Positions 12,721 to 24,704 of a stretch of DNA of 64,000 nt are shown here, piece by piece. Position numbers and translations under genes: made by a program. Under the pieces are notes generated by a model. That model worked only from the letters and a program-made list of their open reading frames with translations, was not told the DNA's origin and did no database searches. Numbering within the stretch: position 1 is the first letter of the stretch; each line of letters starts with the position of its first letter. The stretch comes from Tricharina praecox (taxonomy: Eukaryota): contig NW_026250412.1 in NCBI RefSeq assembly GCF_024521635.1, positions 1,116,001 to 1,180,000 on the forward strand, written 5' to 3'.

Positions 12721-12990
12721 CAGAAAAGCGTGTCACGTGGTATTTGTTACCGAGTGACACCGTGCTCGACCCATCCCTCCAAAAAACAAAAACCTTCACC
12801 ACCCATGTGGGTGGATTGGAAACCCCAATAGCAGAGGCTTTCACCTTGGGATTTGGATTCGAAAAATATGAAGTGGTGGGTACCCCGCAATAGACATTAA
12901 CAACCACCGAGCGCATGCATGTTTCCTCCATCTTACGCTGCGGCATCGTCTGTTTCGATGCCGAGGTGCTGGCTTCCATGCTACCAGGAG
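12721..12990 (-). mobile_element. Repeat family A copy 2 (tRNA-like part deleted)
   Basis: Reverse complement carries the GGGGTTTCCAA..CCACCC/GGGTGG hairpin, T-run and GTCACTCGG...CACGTGACAC end. Confidence 0.8.
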
Positions 12991-13482
12991 ATAATACTCT
13001 GCTCGAGGCTACCACCAGCCGGTCCAGCAACTTATCTCTATATATCTTCCCTCGGGTTCGCCACTTCCTGATCCTTCTCTTCATCCTTACTATCTCCCAA
13101 TATATTATCGAGGAAGAGATCATGGCCTAGTAAAGAAACAGCGGAAGACTCTCCTCCCTATTTCACTCCCTTTCTGCTGCCCTTTCCGTGGCCGCCGTTC
13201 AACCTCACCCCTGACCTCTCTGACCCGGTGATCGGATTATTTTGTTGATCCACCGCCGTCGCCCTAATGGTCGAGGTCCTGCTAAATTTTCACGCCTAGG
13301 GAAAGAATCTTGGGCCTAGGTACTTCCGTTTGCCTCAGCTCCGCGGATAGCCTGTTTTTCGCCTTGAACCTGTCTCTTGTATCGTCTTACCTCGATAGGA
13401 TTATTTGGACTCCTTGTCATACGTTTTGCTTCATCCATTCCCTCAATGATGAAGTTCATCGTAGGGATTCTGGCCTGTACAG

Positions 13483-13806
13483 CCGGCAGTGCAGGAGTGG
13501 AGAGAGTGATACCGCGTGCCCCGCTCGTCACAACAAAAACAAAAACCATCACCACCCATGTGGGTAGCTTGGAAACCCCAAGAGCAGAGGCTTTCACCCT
13601 GGGCTGAACTCAGAGGTTTCCTCGACTCCCCTCGCCGATTGCATGGCCTAGGTAGTTGACAACTAGACCACGCGGGGGTTTTTTGGTGATGGAAACTTGA
13701 ATTCGAAAAATATAAAGTGGTGGGTACCACCCCGCGACGGATAAGAACAGCGACGAGTTGCTGCCCGCCATCGAAGCATCTAGGTGACTCTTCCATCTCA
13801 CGCTGT
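13483..13806 (-). mobile_element. Repeat family A copy 3
   Basis: Near-identical to copy 1 over ~300 bp, including ccccgcgtggtctagttgtcaactacctaggccatgcaatcggcg. Confidence 0.85.
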
Positions 13807-13809
13807 GGG

Positions 13810-14030
13810 TTTACAGACGGCTTTTGTGCCAACACCGCTCCAGGCCGGAGGTGAGATCGAGAGAGAGCACACATAGAAGAAAGAGGAGATATGAGGGTTG
13901 GTGGTCTTTTCAGTAGATGATGAGCGAGAAAAAAGAAGGAGAAGAAGAAAGAAGACGACCCCGCTGGACCCACTCGGTCGACCCCGCCATATGTGGCCGC
14001 CAACGTTGATTCCCACCACTGTTGTTGCCC
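13810..14030 (-). repeat. Repeat family B copy 1 (probable retroposon 3' UTR/SINE)
   Basis: Matches 19395-19593 (inverted) and 20187-20400 (direct): agcacacatagaagaaagaggagatatgagggttgg...ccaacgttgattcccaccact. Confidence 0.75.
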
Positions 14031-14478
14031 ACGAGTCTGCCATGCGAGCGATCACACGACATAGAGAAGTATTCTCGCCGGCACTAATCTATTTAGGTAC
14101 TCTTGCTCTACGTCGAGGATCTAGATTACCAGTTTTCTTGTCAGCACCATTCTGCCGAATGCCGAGGGAAATGCTTTCGTTACAACTTACCAGCATCAAA
14201 CAGAGCCGGTGGCTTCCATATGTGGACTCGGTGAATGGGATTGCTCAAGGAACAACCCCATGCGTGAGGCGTGATGTGGGTACTAGTAAACAATGGGCAG
14301 AGTTGTTCTTGATGAGTCTACGATTGTTAGGACGAATTTTATCTTGGATGCAATGTCGTCTACTTTTCAGCCCGTAATTGCTGGAATGTCCCACTTTTGT
14401 TTGTTATCTCGTAACGTACATAGTCCACATTAGGCGCCAGTTTTGCAGACGGTTCTTGTGGGAGCGCATGTGTTTCTG

Positions 14479-14770
14479 GTGAGTAGTCCACTAGCCGTTC
14501 GAAGGACCGGTGGTGAGTGCTGGAATATTCGGTGCGGTAGCGGGTCCAAGTTTGTTTTTCCTTGTCCCTCTCTCTCTCTATCTCTCTCTCTTACATACCA
14601 CTTCACTTCTTTCCAACTTCATCGCACTAGCGAATCAACTCCACGAGTCCTTCCAACAGGATATGAGCCCGTCACCCAACACGCGCATCCAACCTTTTCT
14701 ACCGGGACACGGCTTTCCCCAACCCCTACGACCCGGAGATCGATGGCGAGCCGTCTAATGGGCTAATTAT
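14479..14770 (+). repeat. Dispersed repeat family C, copy 2
   Basis: Colinear with 981-1280. Confidence 0.55.
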
Positions 14771-14849
14771 CATCCGTACCCATTACACTCAGAGGAACTA
14801 CCTGCTCGAACTCGACATCTGTTATTACACGCATCTGCTGTGTCACAAG

Positions 14850-15368
14850 ATGAGCCTCGCCGAATACCGAGAGTATTGCTTGGATATCTACAAAGACATC
14901 CACCTCGGACGCGGCGCAATTGCTGAAGAGAGCTCCAGGCGTTCAACCGGTGCAGACGAGAGCGCCAGACAAGATCGCAAGGTTGCTGACGAGTTCGCTG
15001 CGTTGAAGCGATGGCTTGCTGAGTCAGAGCTCCTCAACAAACACCATGTTGATGCCCAGAAGCGTTTTTTGTCATCCGATGATGCAAAGGGGGGCACTAC
15101 CTCCGAGCAGACGATCAACGCCTCACTTGAGAGCTACGACGTGCAACCCTCCCACACCCAACACTCTCCCAATCACCCAACATCCTCGCCGAATACCTCG
15201 CCGAATATCTCAACGAACACCCTTGCCCAACTACCACATCTGCGCACAACACCTGCGCCCAACTCCCATGCCCCCGCCCCGCTGCAGCATGGTAGTAATA
15301 ACGATGACATCTTCCGTTGGGTTAGCAATCTCCGACTTTTCAAGCCTACAAAAGGTCGCATGTACTAA
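14850..15368 (+). CDS. Hypothetical protein (possibly spliced at its 3' end, or decayed)
   Basis: 172-codon ATG ORF with protein-like composition and a possible GTTAGC..TACTAAT..CAG intron at ~15321-15385. No recognised domain. Confidence 0.3.
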   Translation: MSLAEYREYCLDIYKDIHLGRGAIAEESSRRSTGADESARQDRKVADEFAALKRWLAESELLNKHHVDAQKRFLSSDDAKGGTTSEQTINASLESYDVQPSHTQHSPNHPTSSPNTSPNISTNTLAQLPHLRTTPAPNSHAPAPLQHGSNNDDIFRWVSNLRLFKPTKGRMY

Positions 15369-15499
15369 TGTGATTGATGGCACAGAAGCGTCTCGCAAAT
15401 GCAGAAGCACCACATGTCTTTCCTGAGTCCTCGGGGAGAGCCCCAAGATCATGGCGGTCCACAAAATAACATGAGTTGTTACTCAGATGTCCGATCAGC

Positions 15500-16330
15500 A
15501 ACAGTTGTTGTCGGATTCGACATAGCGTACTTGTACCTGTGTCCGCCCGGCGCCGGCAAGATGCTGGTGTTCCTTATGGCCACGCTGTAGCTGCTATGAA
15601 CGCCAGCGCCGCCAAGGTTCCGATCGATTTCGGGCCTGATTACGTGTCACGGCATAGCTGGATCGCAGCATACAATGCTGCAATGTCGTCAATCGCGACA
15701 GGTACGGCGAATTCGACACAGCGTACATGGATATGGGTTTGCCGGAAAGATACCGGCGGTCCTTGCGGCCACGCCGCACTGGCGGGAATCAACGCCGTCA
15801 AGAAGGTTCAGATCGATTTCGGGCCTGATTACAACAGCGTACTTGTACCTGTACTCAGCGTTCGCCGGCAAGATACCGGTGCTACATGCGGCCACACCGT
15901 GACAGTTACCCAAGCTGTCAAGAAGATTCCAATAGCTTTCCGTCAGTGATCTAGTTTAATGTCCTCGGGCATCAATAGACCGAGTTGGGAACGGACGGAT
16001 AGGATGGGACGGACGGATATTGTGGGACGGACGGATATCTTGGGACGGACGGATATCTTGGTATGTGTTTTTTGCTCCTATGTATCTCTTTAAATACTCT
16101 CTCCGTTGTCTGCTCTTTTTTGTTCTATATCTTCAAATCACATCTCCATCTTTCTCTCACTCGTTCGCTCAGATCCGCTTGACAAAACTTTCATGCCTGA
16201 TTACATGTCACGGCATAGCTGGAGCACAGCATACAATGCTGCAATGCCACCACTCCCCCGTGTTCCCAAACGTCCACCCCCGAGAGCAAGGGTGGATTAA
16301 GAAGAAAGTACGGACAACCGCCTAGGGGGG
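15500..16330 (+). mobile_element. Degenerate Mutator-like (MULE) transposase C-terminal region; SWIM zinc-finger segment present three times
   Basis: Across frames: RTCTC..RRQDAGVPYGHAVAA..PIDFGPDYVSRHSWIAAYN; CRKDTGGPCGHA; RRQDTGATCGHT; and at 16190 FMPDYMSRHSWSTAYNAAMPPLPRVPK. This fits the CxC..G.PC.H SWIM motif and the downstream motif of MULE transposases. Confidence 0.65.
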
Positions 16331-16679
16331 GATTTCCGGATATCGGATATCCCAGATCGCGCCCCACCGGACCGCTACTCAACATGTGATGGCATAGGCC
16401 ATTACGTTTCCACGTCCTGAAAGGCGCATACATCATGTACTTAGGCATTACTCTTAGTAAAAGAAGTTCTCAAGTAAAACGGAAGCGTGCTACTCTTGTA
16501 TTCTTTTGTGTAAACGGAGTGTGTGGGTGTGTATATTGCAATGATTTCGCTAGGTTGCATGAAATTAATGATCAAATAAATATAGAACGTGGAGGCGAGA
16601 AGAGAAGAGAGGAGACCCCACCGTGATATCCAGTCGGTGAGAAGCGGTTGGCCAGTCAGTTTGCCATCAAGACGTACGT

Positions 16680-17121
16680 GACTCGCAGCTGAGTATTTCT
16701 GGCATACCTAGCCTCATATTTATTCTCGTTCAAAACTCCTGTCGGCGGAAACATCGAAACCAATGGCTCCGCATCGAAATGGCAGGCGCCACCGCAGTGA
16801 GAGATGGAAGAATCCTCCAGGCGCTCTGATGGCGGGTGGCAGTTCGTCGGTGCTCATGTGTATCGCGGGGTGGCACCAACCACTTTATATTTTCGAATCG
16901 AAGTACCCAGCACGAAAAAACCCCCGCGTGGTCTAGTGGTCTAGGCCATGCAAACGGCGAGGGGAGCTGAGGGAAAGCTCTAGGTTCAAAGCTCGGCTCT
17001 TGGGGTTTCCAAACTACCCACCGGGGTGGTAAAGGTTTTTGTTTTTATTTTTTTGGCATCACGGGTGGAGCATGCTATATCACTCGGTGGAAACGACCAC
17101 GTGACATGCTTTGCGCTGCCG
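16680..17121 (+). mobile_element. Repeat family A copy 4 (long)
   Basis: Includes the 5' extension (gagtatttctggcata...), box A tggtctagtgg, ggttcaaa, the hairpin, T-run and CACGTGAC end. Confidence 0.85.
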
Positions 17122-17565
17122 AAGTGTGGAAGTAACTTCTTCAAAACCTGCTCACGGTGGAGAAGTCAACAGAAAGCCTTGTGGGTAAAGGCCGGGAAGG
17201 AGACAGAGAGAAGAAAAGAGAGGTGGTCGATAGCGGAGCTGTTCGCCGACGAGCGCAGCGAGGCAATCCAAGAGTTTCTAGGAACGACGGATGTGGGAAG
17301 GATACGCGGTGATAGGTTTTTTTTTGGAGCGGAAGCGGAAGACGAGGGAGAGAGGCGAGCGGGCAGCAGGAGGAGCGGTTATGTTGGCCCATATCGGTCT
17401 TTACTTGTCAATTTAATTTCTACTTTTTTCTTGTGTCAGCCCGAGGCGGATGGGCAGGGGAAGTGGGGCGCAGCATCGGACTGGCCGGTACCGGCCAGGG
17501 CGGGTAGGAAAAGGAGTTCGTCGGTTCGCCATAGTCTAGATAGGCTGCATGCGAAATAAAACAGG
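17122..17565 (+). mobile_element. LINE 3' fragment (same family as 12022-12720)
   Basis: FFKTCSRWRSQQKALW...ELFADERSEAIQEFLGTTDVGR; terminal tctagataggctgcatgcgaaataaaa. Confidence 0.85.
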
Positions 17566-17949
17566 AAGATCTCTCTCTCTCTAAATACCGAGGCTTTCAA
17601 CTCTCCACTCTGGTTTGACTGCACAACCTTTCTCCGAAGTTGCTGTTCACAGTCCAGACTCCAGGCAGCAGGCTCGGTGTGGACTTAAGCCCCGTACGTC
17701 TCCCGCGGCGCCCTAGGCCTGGGCCCTGGGCACAGAGAAGTGATGAACGCACCAAGCAGACGCAGAGAACAGGTGAAGAACAAAGTGTAGTGTCTGGAGC
17801 AATTTTGCAGTGGGCTACTGGTATCTTTGAGTCGGCCTAGGTTTCCACGTATCCTAGTATGTGCCAGTTTCTGACCCGGTCCCTCATAGGGCCGGGCACC
17901 TACCTGTTTCCACGCGCTCGCCACAACAGTGGCATCCCTCCGACGGAGG

Positions 17950-18436
17950 AGATATCGAGAGTACATACTTCGCTTCTTCGAGGGTACATCTCCTGTGCGG
18001 AGGCGTCGTCTAAGGAGCCGAAGCAGGTGACATATATTGCAGCGTGAGATGGAAGAAACATCCAGACGCTCAACTGCGGGGCACTCAGGTGGGGGGGTAT
18101 CGGGGAAGCAGAATACGCACCGAATTGATGGGCGTCACTTCATCGTTGTTGTTCTTGTCTATCGCGGGGTGGCACGCACCACTTCATATTTTCGAATTCA
18201 TGTCTCTGGTACGGAAAAAACCCCGCCTAGTCCAGTGGTCTAGGGCCACGCAATCGGCGAGGGAGCTGAGGGAAGTTCCCCGGTTCAAAACCGGGTGAAT
18301 GCCTATGTATTCAGCTCTTGGGGTTTCCACGCCACCCACCGGGGGTGGTGATGGTTTTTGTTTTTGGCATCACGGGTGGAGCACGCAATATCACTCGGTA
18401 GCATGGCATGACGTGACACGCCTTGTGATGCCGGCT
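17950..18436 (+). mobile_element. Repeat family A copy 5
   Basis: Contains a perfect T-arm CCCGG-TTCAAAA-CCGGG at 18279-18295, plus the hairpin, T-run and ATCACTCGG end. Confidence 0.8.
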
Positions 18437-18545
18437 CCTTTTTATAGTTTAATCAGCATTGCATTCGACCTTGGTAGATCATGGTAGATTATATCCGTTT
18501 CCACCCAGCCGTCACCGACAGCTGGCCGCGAGCTCGATACCGGTG
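18437..18545 (-). mobile_element. Short LINE 3'-terminal stub, antisense to the adjacent A copy
   Basis: Reverse complement ccatgatctaccaaggtcgaatgcaatgctgattaaactataaaaa matches the LINE termini at ~12030 and ~43450. Confidence 0.65.
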
Positions 18546-19394
18546 TGGCGGAGCGATGGAGAAGGGACCTGTGGGCTGACGAAAACGAATGTGGTTAGTA
18601 GTTTGATTGATTGATTGATTGATTATTCATACAGCATGGAACCCTAAAGTTATGGCCGGTAGAGGTATCTACAATACAACATTTTGACAAAGAAATTCCG
18701 CAACCAACTCCATGTAGAAGTGACAGCAAATCCCCTCGTCCTCGCAATATTTTAAAAGTGAGCCTCCAAAGAGGCTCGGGTTGTCGGCTTTGCGCTGTAG
18801 CGGCGCGTGGTAGCCCCCGGCTTCTCCAAAAGGTACCTCCACTCGGTACTACCCTCAACATAACTAGTCTAGCGCACACGGCATGGTGCTCGAAAGGAAT
18901 CGTCGTCTCGGGGTTTGCGTAGCTGTCAAGGCCGGGGCCCGATGAATAGCAGAGAAGATATTTGGATCGAAGGCGGGTTGGCAAAATGCCAGTCGTCGTG
19001 GTCAACGTTGTCCTGGGCCAAGCCCTGAGCTGCCCCCCTGGAGTTCACTCTCCTCCCCGCCGTCGCCATATCGCCTGCTGAACAGGCTCTCCTGGAGTGA
19101 TGAAATCGATGGTGATGTGCGGGGAAGCGATGGTGAGACTTCTTCTGAGGTTCGGATGTAGCACCCGTAGTGGTGCAGTTCTCCGGTCAGGGACCGAGGC
19201 TCGATTGATCTCTATCGCTTCATGCTCATCGTCGTCGAATTCGTCGGTCGGGGCACCTAATCCGCGGTCGGAAAGAGTGGACACACACGCCACATGAATC
19301 CTGAAGCCAAAGGGAGCGGGGCATTTGGTGTGCCAACGCATAGTCTTGGCATTTTTGGAAGGTTGGTGTGGTTCTCGGAGGTGTGTGTTGTGGT

Positions 19395-19593
19395 TAGTAG
19401 TGGGAATCAACGTTGGTGGGCATGGTGGGGTCGACCGAGTGGATCCAGTGGGGCGTCTTGTTGTTCTTCTCTCTTGATCATCATCTACCGAATAGACGAC
19501 CATCCTCCATATCACCTCTTTCTTCTGTGTTTGCTCTCCTCTGGATCCCGCCTCCAGCCTAGAGGGGTGTTGGTAAAAGAGCCGTCTGCAAAA
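19395..19593 (+). repeat. Repeat family B copy 2
   Basis: Inverted relative to 13810-14030 and 20187-20400; ends gccgtctgcaaaa. Confidence 0.75.
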
Positions 19594-19619
19594 CTGGAGT
19601 GGAACCGAACATGTAACAT

Positions 19620-20115
19620 CTAGTACTTGACTCGTATCTGAGTATTGCTGGCATAGAATAGGTATTGATTCTCGTCCACATCGCCTGCTAGAAGCATCGA
19701 AGCCAGTGCCTCAGCATCGAAATGGTACGCGATACCACAGCGTGAGATGAAAGAATTACGGTTTACCCAGGTGCCCTCAGGATGGCGGACGAAACCGCAG
19801 CGACAGATGAAGAATCCCCCAGACAATCCGATCTGGCGTTTGGCACTCCGTCGTTGTTCCTGTGCATCGCGGGGTGGCACCTACCAGTTTATGATTTTCG
19901 AATTCATATCTCTAGTACGAAAAACCCCCGCCTGGTCTAGTGGTCTAGGCTATGCAATCAGCGAGAGGAGTTGAGGAAAGCTCTGGGTTCAACCCAGGGT
20001 GAAAACCTCTCTCTTGGGGGTTTCCAAGCTAGCCACATGGGTGGTGATGGTTTTTGTTTTTGTCGTGACGGGTGGTGCACGCCATATCACTCGGATGTGA
20101 CTATCACGTGATTTA
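19620..20115 (+). mobile_element. Repeat family A copy 6 (long)
   Basis: Box A TGGTCTAGTGG at 19933-19943 and box-B-like GGTTCAACCC at 19986-19995 within a CTGGG/CCCAG stem. Confidence 0.85.
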
Positions 20116-20186
20116 CGTTTTTTTTTTGCGTTACTGGCTGCGTACTCTAGAATACATAGGCGAGGAAGAGGTTGAGGAGCTGGGTG

Positions 20187-20400
20187 TTGCAAACGGCTCC
20201 TTTGCCAACATCCCTCTAGGCCGATGGCGGGATCGAGAGCAGAGCACACACAGAAGAAAGAGTAGATATGAGGGTTGGTCGTCTACCTATTCGGTATATG
20301 ATCGAGAAAGAAGAAGGAGAAGAAGAAGAAGGAAACCTCGCTACAACCACTCAGACCCGGTTATGGCCACCAACGTTGATTCTCATCAACGTTGTTGCCG
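20187..20400 (-). repeat. Repeat family B copy 3
   Basis: Same orientation as 13810-14030. Confidence 0.75.
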
Positions 20401-20789
20401 ACTACCGTAGTACTAACCACAGTCATTTTAGCCCGCCGACAGGTCCTCTTCTCGCTCCCTCCTCTCGCTCCGTCACACTAGCGTGCCAGAGAAGACTAGC
20501 GTGTTCCATCCCAATCACGTCGTTGTTCCTGTAATGTTGGCGGTTCGGATATGACGGAGGACCGCGCGGGTATCCGAGGGCCGGAGAGAACTACGTAGAG
20601 TACCTTCCGAAGGGATCGTGTCTGGATACCCTGGTTCGTGAAGCTTGTACATAGAGAGATCTCGCTGCTCCCGATATTGTTGCTGTAGATGCCGAGTTGA
20701 TTAAATTCTTCTATATAGTTACCACGTTATTCATAACATCGCAAGGCCCCCACCACTTTAGTAGCGTCGAATTCAAGTTCTTAGCACGG

Positions 20790-21056
20790 AAGATTTCGAG
20801 AATATGTACTTATTCACTTCTTCGAGAGCATATCTCCTGCCAGGAGCATCGAAACCAGTCTCAACATCGAAATGACGGGTGGCACCGCAGCGAGGGACGG
20901 GTCATCACCTAGACGGTCCGATGTGGCGGGTGGAACCCCGGATATCACTCGGGTAGGCTCACATGACATGCTTTTGCGCTGCCGGCCTTTTTAGTTTGAT
21001 CTTCATCCGTTTCCACCAGGCTGTAACCCACAGATAACCGTGAGCTGGATACCGGC
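20790..21056 (+). mobile_element. Repeat family A copy 7 (large internal deletion) plus antisense LINE stub
   Basis: The 5' part matches 17950-18000 and 19690-19745. The end gatatcactcggg..tcacatgacatgcttttgcgctgccggc followed by tttttagtttgatc..catccgtttccacc matches copy 5. Confidence 0.7.
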
Positions 21057-21468
21057 TCGTAGTTATCGTATTCTAGCAATTACGGGCTCAAAAGTTGAAT
21101 GTCCTACCTACCTAGATAAAACCCGTTGTCGAGAACTGCGTACGTCCAAGTGGTTCCAAAAAACTGACCTCCTATCGAAGCGACCGAAACTTTGAGCTGT
21201 CCATGCATGTGAGAGAGAACATCAATTGCCATCCCGCATGATGGTTGCTCGATGCATTGATTAAAAGCGTACAAGGCCTCGGCTGAATTCTTGATTCCTT
21301 GTGGCTGTGCACACTAAGCAAACGAGGCGCACGTCAGAACCTAGAGTATGTAGCCTTGCAGCACGCGCCTTATCGATAGCCCGCCAAACCTTTTCTCAAC
21401 CTCACCTCGCGTCACGGTCGCGTCTTCCCCCACCACAGGTCCACAGCCCGCCACCACAGCCCGCCACC

Positions 21469-24400
21469 ATGCAACTCTCAAAAAACATCCAGAACCAGCA
21501 GACGATGGTCTCCGACGATGACGACGTGTTCTCCGACCACGATGAGTAACTACTCTCCACCCCCGTCTCGTCGCTCTTTCACTCGCACACTTACTTATCT
21601 CGCGCGTGCGCGCGCACCCCACACAGCGATGAGTTCGACGACGACGACGAGCTCGCCGCGTACGCTGCCGACGACACCGACGACGATCCGGACTACTTCG
21701 ACGACGGCGAGGACGGCGATGCCCCGACCGCCGCGAATCCTGCCGCTGCCGCCGCAGCCCCAAAAGACGACTTCTTTGATGCGCCCAGCGAGTCGGAGGA
21801 CGAGGGCGACGGCGATGGCCCAGGCGCCGCGGTCATCAATGACGACGAGATGGAGGAGTTCCACCACAACTTGAAGGCGGCACATGGGTTCAAGAAGGGG
21901 CAGCGGCCGCGGGGGAGTAAAGGCGGTGGGCGCCGGGCCGTCGGCGAGGAGAACTTGTCGTTCGAGGTGAAGTCGCTGATGGGCGAGGCGAACCAGGCGT
22001 TCGCCTTCAGCCAGCTGGATAAGGCTATGGGACTGGTCAAGAAAGTGATCCAGATCGAGGCGGGCGTGTATTCGGCGTGGAAGATCCTGGGAGAGATCTT
22101 TAAGGAGAAGGGCGAAGACCACAAGTGTCTGCTGGCGTGGTTGACGGCCGCCCATGCGAAACCGAAGGATTGGGAGCTGTGGCTCATGTGTGCCAAGATG
22201 AGTCTGGATCAGTATGGGCCCGATAAGCATAATTACCGCGACCAGGCTATCTACTGCTATAACCGCGCGATCAGAGCGAACCCGGACAATATCGACGCCG
22301 TCTACGACCGCGCGCTATTGTTGAAGGAGACGGGCCAACTCCACAAGGCGGCAGAGGGATTCGGAATGCTGAACAAATTGCTGCCGAACGACATGTCAAT
22401 TCTGAGGGAGATTGCCGCCTTATATATTGAGCTGAAGAAGATCCCGCTGGCGATCGAGTATTATACGCGGAGTATCGAGTTTTTCAAGACCACCGGCAAC
22501 ACGGATAGAACCTTTGGCTGGTCGGAATTAAATATCCTCGTCGAGCTGTACATGATGTCGAAACGGTGGGACGACGCGATCAAGGTGTTGAAGACGAATG
22601 CCCGATGGCTGTACGGAAGGGCGGAGGAGAAGTATTGGGAAAAGCTGAACGACGACCGAGAGTGGGATAAGACGGATGCGCGACGGAAGTCGATCCGAGA
22701 ATACGTGCGGGCACGGTTCGATGAGGAGACGTACTCGCTCCCCCTTGAGTTGCGAGTAAAGCTGGGAGTTTGTCGGGTGTACCAATCCAATGAGAAGGAA
22801 GCCCTCGTACACTTTGAGTTCCTAAACGAGGAGGATCCGGTCGAGTATTACGATGTGTTCCAGGAAGCGGGTGATGCCCTCTTCGCAGCTAAGGCCTACG
22901 AAGAGGCCATCCACTACTACTCGTCGGTGGTGGAGGGGACACAATTCCTCGACAAGAAGCTGTGGTTCAACATGGCCACCTGCTACAAGGCCCTCAACCA
23001 GGTTGAAGATGCCGAGGACTGCTACGCCACCGTGCTGGAAGCATACAGTAAGGACACCGACGCCATGATGGAGCTCGCCAGTATCTACGAAGTGTCGAAC
23101 CGGAAGGCGGAGGCGTTGGAACTCGTCAACGAGGTTATCGCACTCCGGCGGGAAAGGGAAACCGCAGACAAGAACACTGCATCGGAGAAACGTGCCGCCG
23201 CCGAGCCGATTGCGCAGCCCGGAAACGATCCCATGGCATTCTTCCCCAACCAGCCCGCGCCGCGTCGAGTTCGGAAGCGCCGGCCAGGTGCGATCACCAA
23301 CGAAGAGCGAGCTGAGATGAACGCGAGGAAAACGGAACAGACGGCGGTCAAATACAGGAAGCTCGAGTATCTCCGTGCGAAAATGGAGGAGGGCGATACA
23401 GCAACCATCAAGGACTGGCTCGACACGGCCGGCGATCTGGTCGACGACTTCCGCAATACGAAGGCGCTGTTTCCGTCGGAGAAGGGCAAGGCGTTCAAGG
23501 GATTCATTTCCACCGCGCAGCGGCGTGAAAAGGCAAAGGGAGATGCAGAACAACTGGAGAGGATGCAGCACCGTCTGGAGGAATCGCTTACTTTCCAGGA
23601 CGACCAGATCGACACCATCGCCAAAGACGCCACCACATTCCGCGGCCTCGACTTTGATACCTGGCTGTACATCTTCATGCAGTACGCGCTATGTCTCGCC
23701 AAGTACGACAACTACCAGGACGCGTACGACGTGTGCAGCGTCGCCAAGGAAGCAAACGTCTTCTACCTCGACAAGAGCAAAGTCTTCACGATCTGGACGA
23801 CATGGCTCGCGTGCGCGATCTGGGTTCACGATTCGGAGTCGTGCAGTACGATCTCCCGATGGTTCATGACCACGTACCAGTTCCAGACCGAAGCATACTC
23901 GCTGTTCGTCGGATCGCTGACGATGTCGCGTAACGGAATGGAAGTGTTCCACAACAATGCGAATCAGAAGTTCTTGCTGAGGCAGATCAAAATCATGGAT
24001 GAGAGCATCGAGGGGAAGAAGCGCACCAATGCCGCAAGTCTTACAAATATCGATGAGGAGGGTAGGGAGTACAAGCCCGAGCGGTTGGACACCAATTTGT
24101 TGATGCTGTACGGACATATTCTTGCTAGCGGGAAGAGTTATATCTCCGCACTGAGTACACATTCTCCTCCCTCCTCCTCCTCCCACATCTTACTGACTCA
24201 CGCATAGACTATTACACGCGTGTCTTCACCGTCGCCCCTAAGAACCCCATGGTCCTCCTCTCGATATCCCTCGCCTACCTCCACCGCAGCATGCAGCGGC
24301 AATCCGAAAACCGGCACATGCAAGCGCTGCAAGCCATAACCTTCCTCTACGAATACACCGACACGCGCACTAACCCGCCGACACCTCTACCAGCGGCGGA

Positions 24401-24644
24401 GCAAGCAGCACTCGAGCAAGAAGTCTCCTTCAACGCGGCGCGCTCCTTCCACCACCTGGGCCTAACCCACCTAGCAATACCTTACTACCACCGCTGCCTC
24501 GAGATCTCAGACACATGGGCGGCGCAGGGCGGCGTAGCGGGCGATCTCAAGTGGGAGTCCGCATACATGCTGCAGATGATCTATGTCACGAGCGGGAACA
24601 TGACGGAGGCACGGCGCGTTACGGAGCAATGGCTAGTCGTGTAG
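21469..24644 (+). CDS. TFC4: RNA polymerase III transcription factor TFIIIC TPR subunit (Tfc4/Sfc4/GTF3C3). Exons 21469-21545, 21627-24154, 24208-24644
   Basis: Acidic N-terminus and TPR array (LMGEANQAFAF..AWKILGEIF..AAHAKPKDWELW), LPLELRVKLG, and C-terminal YLHRSMQRQSENRH..FNAARSFHHLGLTHLAIPYY. Two canonical GT-AG introns restore the frame. Confidence 0.93.
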
Positions 24645-24704
24645 GTAGATTATTTCGTATGTAGAGGTACATCCATGCATGCAATGCAATCAATGAAATG
24701 AAAA

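Noticed and set aside
12077-13123. 348-aa ORF as a real gene
   Set aside because: Chance read-through across repeat A into a LINE ORF2 fragment.
18595-19515. Minus-strand ORFs between repeats
   Set aside because: No identifiable domain, partly derived from repeat B, and multiple stops between segments.
21595-24186. Antisense and alternative-frame ORFs over TFC4 (likewise over TRM61, the GTPase, chs and DUF3433)
   Set aside because: Shadow ORFs caused by high GC3 codon bias.
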